Part shown: positions 50,369 to 56,305 of the stretch, piece by piece
How the letters are laid out: every line of letters starts with the position of its first letter
How positions within the stretch are numbered: the first letter of the stretch is position 1
NCBI GenBank assembly: GCA_000934665.2
Contig: KZ538647.1
Span: 1-56,305, forward strand
Length of the DNA stretch: 56,305 bases
Direction: 5' to 3'
DNA from: Catajapyx aquilonaris
Taxonomy: Eukaryota
Made by a program: the position numbers and the translations under genes
Notes under the pieces: generated by a model
What the model saw: the letters and a program-made list of their open reading frames with translations, nothing else
What the model was told of the DNA's origin: nothing
Databases searched by the model: none

Positions 50369-50546
50369 CTGGCCCCTTCTCTCCAGTAGTTGTTCGGAGT
50401 GATGGCGTGGTCTTGCAAGTACCAGGTGGGAGAGGCGTCTGGAGATGGCTCCGAGGCCTGGCAGGTCAGCTCGACCCTTGACCCAGCCTTGTAGTATCTC
50501 TCCGACACCACCTGACCCTGCTCGTCCACCACTCGCAGCTCTGGAG
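50369..50546 (-). CDS. dpr: Dpr-family exon, N-terminal half of Ig2 (not shown in this frame by the ORF track)
   Basis: Acceptor gtctag, donor GTGAGA; (A)PELRVVDEQGQVVSERYYKAGSRVELTCQASEPSPDASPTWYLQDHAITPNNYWREGA; 178 nt, phase 1 in and phase 2 out. Confidence 0.88.
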
Positions 50547-50570
50547 CTAGACATAATGAGAAGGCCAGCG

Positions 50571-51133
50571 TTTAGAGAGGACCAGACACGATCGAGACTA
50601 GTTCTGGACAGCGTCTCGGCTGCGTCTTGGGTTGGGTGTATAAAAATGGCGACCGCGTTCGGACCGCGTCTAGGATCAGATTTAATCAAAGGTGGTCACC
50701 TGAATCGATGGCGACCGCGTCTCGACCACATCTGGATTGCGTCTGGATCGCGTCTAGGATCGGGTTTTAAAAAGGCCAGACGTTGTCAGCCTAATGGAGT
50801 GTATAAGCAATGGTGATCACGTCTCGACCGCGTCTGGATCGCGTCTCAATCTAGTCTCGACATCAGCGTCTAGGAACTGGTTGACTGAAAGTGCCAGACG
50901 TTGTCAGCCTAATCGAGTGTATTTAGCAAGTGACCGCGTCTCGGATAGAGTTGAATTGAAGGGCCAGACGTGGTCAGCCTAATCGAGTGTACAAACAATA
51001 ACGACCGCGTCTCGAACCGCGTCTGGGATCGGGTTAAATTAAACGGCCAGACGTTGTCAGCTGAATCGAGTGTATTAACAGGGACGACCGCGTCTCTATA
51101 GCGTCTCGACCGCGTCTGTCCCTCCACCCTAAA
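50571..51133. mobile_element. TIR element with internal tandem repeats
   Basis: Ends tttagagaggaccagacacgatcgagac / gtctcgaccgcgtctgtccctccaccctaaa; many gaccgcgtct motifs and four gccagacgt.gtcagc.taat.gagtgta units. Confidence 0.65.
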
Positions 51134-51429
51134 AGAGTGACTAATAATTGTCAAGGGTTTCCAACCTGACAGTCACTCGAGTCTCATTTTGCGGACACAT
51201 TTGCAAACATTTTTTCCACACTTGAGGTGAGGTGGGAGACGAATTGCAATGCAATGTTAATGCAACGAGTGCGCTTTAACCCCCTCGAGAGTATAGCCAG
51301 CATTTGCAGGCAACGGGATGTGAAAAAGCTGCAAATGCAATTTGGTCAGTGCGTACCTATAGACGCGGTCAAACCAGACAGACCCAGTTTCAAACGCATT
51401 TTAGCAAGCTGAGAAGGTGTCTTTCTCTA

Positions 51430-51693
51430 CAGGGTGTTCATCCTAAGCGTGCCACCAGAAATGGTGGCGGTAGATGGCGCAGGTGTGAGCATTTTTGCAT
51501 AAGGAACTAGGGGTCGGAAACGCACCCTCACCGAGTTACGCCCCTTTCAAGTTTGCGGCAGGCAGTGTGCAAGAGGCGTGCGGCTCTGTGAGGGTGCGTT
51601 TCCGACCCCTAGTTCCTTACGCAAAAACGCTCACACCTGCGCCCTCTATCTACCACCATCTTTTCTGGTGACACGCTTAGGATTAACACCCTG
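51430..51693. mobile_element. Tc1/mariner-like foldback MITE (CAGGGTG ends)
   Basis: ta|cagggtgttcatcctaagcgtg...taaggaactaggggtcggaaacgcaccctca, mirrored by tgagggtgcgtttccgacccctagttcctta...cacgcttaggattaacaccctg. Confidence 0.85.
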
Positions 51694-52387
51694 TGCGTTA
51701 ACAGCTTGAGGTTTCGATCGCGGCTGAGACGCGGTTCCAAACATTCCGAGCTCCATTTTGAGCCTCGGGATGAGCCGCGACAAGTTTTGATTCGGTTCAC
51801 ATTCTGGCAGTTGAACTGTCAGTTTGACTCGGTCACGTCCTGCGTAGTAAAGAATTCAGAGGAATCAAAGGACTTGTGTCAAAGGATAGTGAAGCAGGGT
51901 ACCCAATCTCTGGGTTAACAAACCACAGCTTCACTTGATATCCCTGCACAGAGATCGTGTATAGGAGAAGAGGAGGATTCGACAAAGGAATTCGAGTCTG
52001 GTTCACACCCCGTTGGAGCAGTCGCTCTTTGGAGATAGAGGAGAGACACTCGGCGCTTGTGTTGCGTTCCATTCCACACTGACGAACGCGGACAACAAAA
52101 GAGGGGGAATTCCCGCGAGGAATGGCCCGGAACCACCCAACAAAAAAGAGGAAGGTGGTAATGGCGATGAGGGAAGCCAGCCGGGTATACATTCCGAGCA
52201 AAAATAAACAAGATAAATGGAAGCCAGCAAAATGGACACCCGTGAAAATTAGGGTAATTATTAATCTCTCTCGTTGCCTTATCTGAATGCTACCCACTCC
52301 GGACAACAGACCGCGATAACTGAGGGCGACATAAACGCGGAGTTTGCCATGCCTCGAGGAACTTCGGAAATAATAATAATGAAAATA

Positions 52388-52601
52388 CAGGGTGTTCCAA
52401 ATTCGTGGGACTTTTTTATAAATGATATCGTCCAATAGTAGTTATTTTATGTAGCTTGTTGTGCTCCTAACCAGGTTCCCCCAATTCTATAGCAACTGCT
52501 TTATTCGACCCCCTGGATCGGGGCACAACAAGCAACACAATAATAGCTACTATCGGGCGATATCAGTTATAACAAACGTCCCACGAATTTGGAACACCAT
52601 G
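52388..52601. mobile_element. Tc1/mariner-like MITE with TA TSD
   Basis: ta|cagggtgttccaaattcgtgggac ... gtcccacgaatttggaacaccatg|ta. Confidence 0.85.
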
Positions 52602-52656
52602 TATATTTAATATAATATTTTGTTATATTTATATTATCTTATTTATGTCATAAATA

Positions 52657-52992
52657 CAGGGTGTTTCAACTTTTTTGTAGGAACAGTTATCGAAAAATTG
52701 CACGCAGCTGCTACTTTGTAAGCAGTGACTTGCAAACGGTGATTTTTTGGAGGAATGGAGAATGGGGGAAAATGAGGGTCACACATCCCACCACATGGCA
52801 TGTGTGACCCTCTTTTTTCCAGGCTTGACCCTCAATTTTCAGCAGGCAGCACGTATGCCACTTCAACCTACGATTCGCAGGGAATATTCCCCGTTCCTCC
52901 GAAAAATCACACTTTGCAAGTCACTGCTTACAAAGTAGCAGCTACGTGCAATTTTCCGATAACTGTTCGGACAAAAAAGTTGAGACACCTTG
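52657..52992. mobile_element. Tc1/mariner-like MITE with TA TSD
   Basis: ta|cagggtgtttcaacttttttgt...gctgctactttgtaagcagtgacttgcaaa, mirrored by tttgcaagtcactgcttacaaagtagcagc...acaaaaaagttgagacaccttg|ta. Confidence 0.87.
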
Positions 52993-53189
52993 TATAAAAT
53001 TACTGTACATAAGTGGGGTATATAATTCTAATTATACGTATACCGTAATATATAATATAATAACTTAATAAATAGTGAGAATAATAATTCTTATTGCTGT
53101 TATCGCGGCTGGTTGTCCGGAGTGGGTTGCATTCTGATAAGGATAGACCGTCTAATGTCCTTCGTCTGGACAATTTTTGAGGTACTGAC

Positions 53190-53409
53190 CAGTGACCCTG
53201 AGGTGGACGATATGTGCTGTGGGTGGGTGGGTGGAGATCTGGCAGAGGTAGTGTCCCTCGTCCCTCCTGTTGGCGAACCTGATGGAGAGACGCCAGTTCC
53301 CTGGGTACCTGAAGGAGAGGGACACTCTCTGGTCGCTGCTGTAGGTCTGTCTTCCCACGGTCAAGAGGTCGAGGGCACCGTCCTCTGTCCGACGACGGAG
53401 CCAGGACAC
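53190..53409 (-). CDS. dpr: Dpr-family exon, Ig1 body
   Basis: Acceptor ttaacag, donor GTCAGT; VSWLRR...LLTVGRQTYSSDQR...YPGNWRLSIRFANRRDEGHYLCQISTHPP carries the typical Dpr/ZIG-8 Ig1 motifs. Confidence 0.92.
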
Positions 53410-53799
53410 CTGTTAAATTGGGCAGAATATTTGGATATTTTTAAAGCCATATTGCAATATTGCATTGCTTTGAACGCACATGTACCCGCATTGAATATTC
53501 AAGAAGGGCAGGCTGCAGGATGAGCAGCTCCCGGAATTTGCTGAATAATTTTGGGCATGGTAATGCAAACACTGAAGCTATTCGAACATTGCAGTTGGGC
53601 CTTGTCAAATGTTGGCACAGTGCTCATGAATGTACCACTGATTCAAAACAATTCATTCAGCGGTAACTGCCTCTGTTTGTCGAGCTCTGCTCAGGTTTAC
53701 TGATATCTCCGCACGGCTGGGTTTGCAATGTTCCCGTTTTAGCCGGAGTTAACTGCTGGACTAAAATTTTCGCTTTAAAATTATTTAAATGTTATGTAC

Positions 53800-54098
53800 C
53801 GTCTTGTCGTGCAGCATCCCGATTCGACAGTCCAACAGAACCGTTGCACCGACTCTAACTGTGACGTTGGCCGAGGATGAGCCGTCCTCGAAGTATGGGC
53901 CGTACCGGGGGCCTTGGTGGTAGTGATGCAGGGGCGGCCCCGGGGCAGAAGTCCTTCCTTCCTTCTCTCCACCAGTCACTTCTTGCTGCTTGGATCCGAC
54001 TCCTACAGATGGCCTGGCAGTCGACGACGTCATATCCGGTGACGTATGGGGCGAATCCAAGATGGACGTCTGCTGAACCTCCCACGTCATCGTAATAT
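53800..54098 (-). CDS. dpr: Dpr-family exon, N-terminal linker and start of Ig1; upstream signal-peptide exon(s) not located
   Basis: Acceptor tttgcag (phase 1), donor GTACAT (phase 0); ...[34 protein letters not shown] joins in frame to VSW. Confidence 0.88.
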
Positions 54099-56305
54099 CT
54101 GCAAATAACAATCGGATTTAAATCATTTATTTCAATAATATCGCCCAAAATGACCCGAAAACATTTTTATTTGTTTTTAATGTATGTTACTTTCATTATT
54201 ATGTCAACCTATCCATGAAAAAAGTGCCAAATTAATCAAACTAAATGCGTTGCTCCATTTGAACAAATCAGCCCACCACGAAGCATTTTGCGTCTGATTT
54301 GTATGTTAATTAACTGAGCGATTGCAAGCGCAAACTGTATGTTCCGCGCGTAATGTGATGACATATTGTTATGGTAGCAATAGTTTCCCATTTTGTAGTA
54401 GATGTTTTGTGATTGGAAAACGTGGAGTTTATCCCGACTATTTTTTTCTGTTGGCACCTTTGGCTATAAACAGGCTGTTAACCTTCCGGTTAGCCACTAA
54501 TCGGCCGTTTTAATTAAACGCAGTTTAAGAGCCGCTAAGATGCAACTTGTCTCTTAACTGACAGTCAAAAAATGTCTGGTGGAGATGAGCTTGAATGTCT
54601 GTCACTAACGGGGGGGGTTAATCCATTTAAGTCTCCGATAATCAAAATGCGTTCGCTTAACCTGGTTATACACCGATTGTCTCTGTATTGATTTTATATC
54701 GCAGGCAGTGTTACCAATGGAACCTAGTCACCTGCTGTTACACTCCACACAGCCTAACAACCTTAACAAAAAAATGAGGCATGCGACCTCTGCGGTTAAC
54801 CAATACACGGCAGGGTTTCAAAAGAGGATTTCTTATGTACCGCACTGTCCCCAGAAAGGGCAGAGGTCGCCGCCTACTTTTTGAGAAGTTATGCTGTGGG
54901 TAGAGGCCCACTGTAAGTGGCGTCCGATTAGCTCCATAATCAATCGCAATCCGCAGTTTAACCGGCGCTAACCTTAGGTCATCTTAACCAAAAGTTTCAG
55001 TTGCAGCAAAAGTGAGATAAGACGTTGATGTATGTCGTGAAGATTTTATATGGGGGTCAGCGAGTGGACCATCAAAATAAAAAAGGAGCAAAAAGTGTGA
55101 GTGAAACTCTCGCTGCCCTCCGGAGAACGGTGGTAAAGAGACGAAGGTTTGGGAGATAAGAGTGGAGACCCCGGCTATGACGGAATGGGGCTCAAAAGAG
55201 GTCTTATCTGGACTGCTTTTCCTCGAAAACAAGAAGAGCGTCGGCTGCGTCGAGTCTAGGCCTTGCAGATAGCAGTTGGCCCCCTCAGGGTTGTATACCC
55301 CGCGGAGCAATCCTTACTCCGGTGACGTCATGAAGATAAGAAGTGTCCTGTGGGAACCAGAGTCCCTCAGGAATAAGCCAATCGGATCAGGAGGGGAACA
55401 ACACTAGTATTCCAAACAAGTACGATCCTCGGCTCGACATTTTATACCATTTGGAGCGATATTAATAGGTGCATGACTGGTCCTGAATTGTTGCAATTTC
55501 AAGGTAACGAGGCCCCTCTTTACGCCTCTCTAATCCCGCCCTCCAGTTTAACTTCCAAAATTTTCATAATGGAAAGGCGGACTCCCCTTTCCATCCAAAT
55601 TCTGGTCCTAACTTGTAAGAGGAAAGTTTCCGGATTTGCATTTGGCCCGGGCTAAAATTTGTTCTCTCCACCCCCTGAAGCCTGCATGCGACCCCTTCCT
55701 TTCCCTCTCCTACTTTATATGGAAGTGTCATCTGTGTCAACAAACTTTGAGACAAACGAGAGCCCCTCCTTACTGTACACCCTTTGCCATGTTCCCCTCC
55801 AACAATCCTTGGTTCCAATGGAATTAAACAAGTACACGGTCATACTGATCAAAAATTCAGCCGGATTGAGCTCTGCCAAATTCTGCCCCTGTGCTTACTC
55901 TAAATTATTTGTATGTGCGTCAGAAATAATTGTGGCGCAAACATCTTGAAGGGCATGCAGGTGGTAGTAATTCACGCTAAAATAATACAGTACGGTACAG
56001 GACTGGTAATGGCTCCTCAGACTTATCTTGCCTCACATCAGCCTGTTTCTAAAGAGGCCTCGTTACTGTGGTGTACCGAGCATGTATCATACAGTGCAGT
56101 ATTCCATTTCCTCCTAATTAGATTTCCCTCGTCCAGTCGATTCCAACAATAGTAGTTCACCTTACGAGACCTCCTTTGCCTTTACAGTATTATACAGTAT
56201 TATGAGGGATTCCATGGTTACGCCTGGGACCTGCTGCGAGTGCCTGACCTTCATTCCAGTTATTTTCCTTTTTGGTCGAGAAGAGATGATCGGGAGAACC
56301 GCAAG

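Noticed and set aside
55318..55347. Possible 30-nt upstream Dpr microexon (cccacag...gtaagg, minus strand)
   Set aside because: The frame needed for a phase-1 join to the exon at 54098 contains a TGA.

Overview
Eukaryotic, very probably arthropod, genomic DNA: it has spliceosomal GT-AG introns, TTAGG-type repeats, a divergent ionotropic receptor and a Dpr-family gene. I found no prokaryotic system, CRISPR array, tRNA or rRNA. Two protein-coding genes face each other across about 47 kb with no recognisable coding exon. One is an intronless divergent ionotropic chemoreceptor ORF (1..1572, +). The other is the last five coding exons of a two-Ig-domain Dpr-family gene (54098 to ~48803, -), whose 5' exon(s) I could not locate. 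The rest is dense in short non-autonomous transposons: P-superfamily-like and Tc1/mariner-like MITEs, Helitrons, DINE-1/Helentron-like elements and minisatellites. The most notable item is a complete ~270-bp retroposon (45789..46061, -) with an 11-12 bp target-site duplication (TSD). Its 5' half folds by eye into an HDV-like self-cleaving ribozyme and its 3' end resembles an I-group LINE tail. Also notable are a host MITE hit by three different insertions at the same ~20-bp spot, and what looks like a P-element-type excision footprint. All calls come from manual reading and recalled family features; no searches or folding programs were run.
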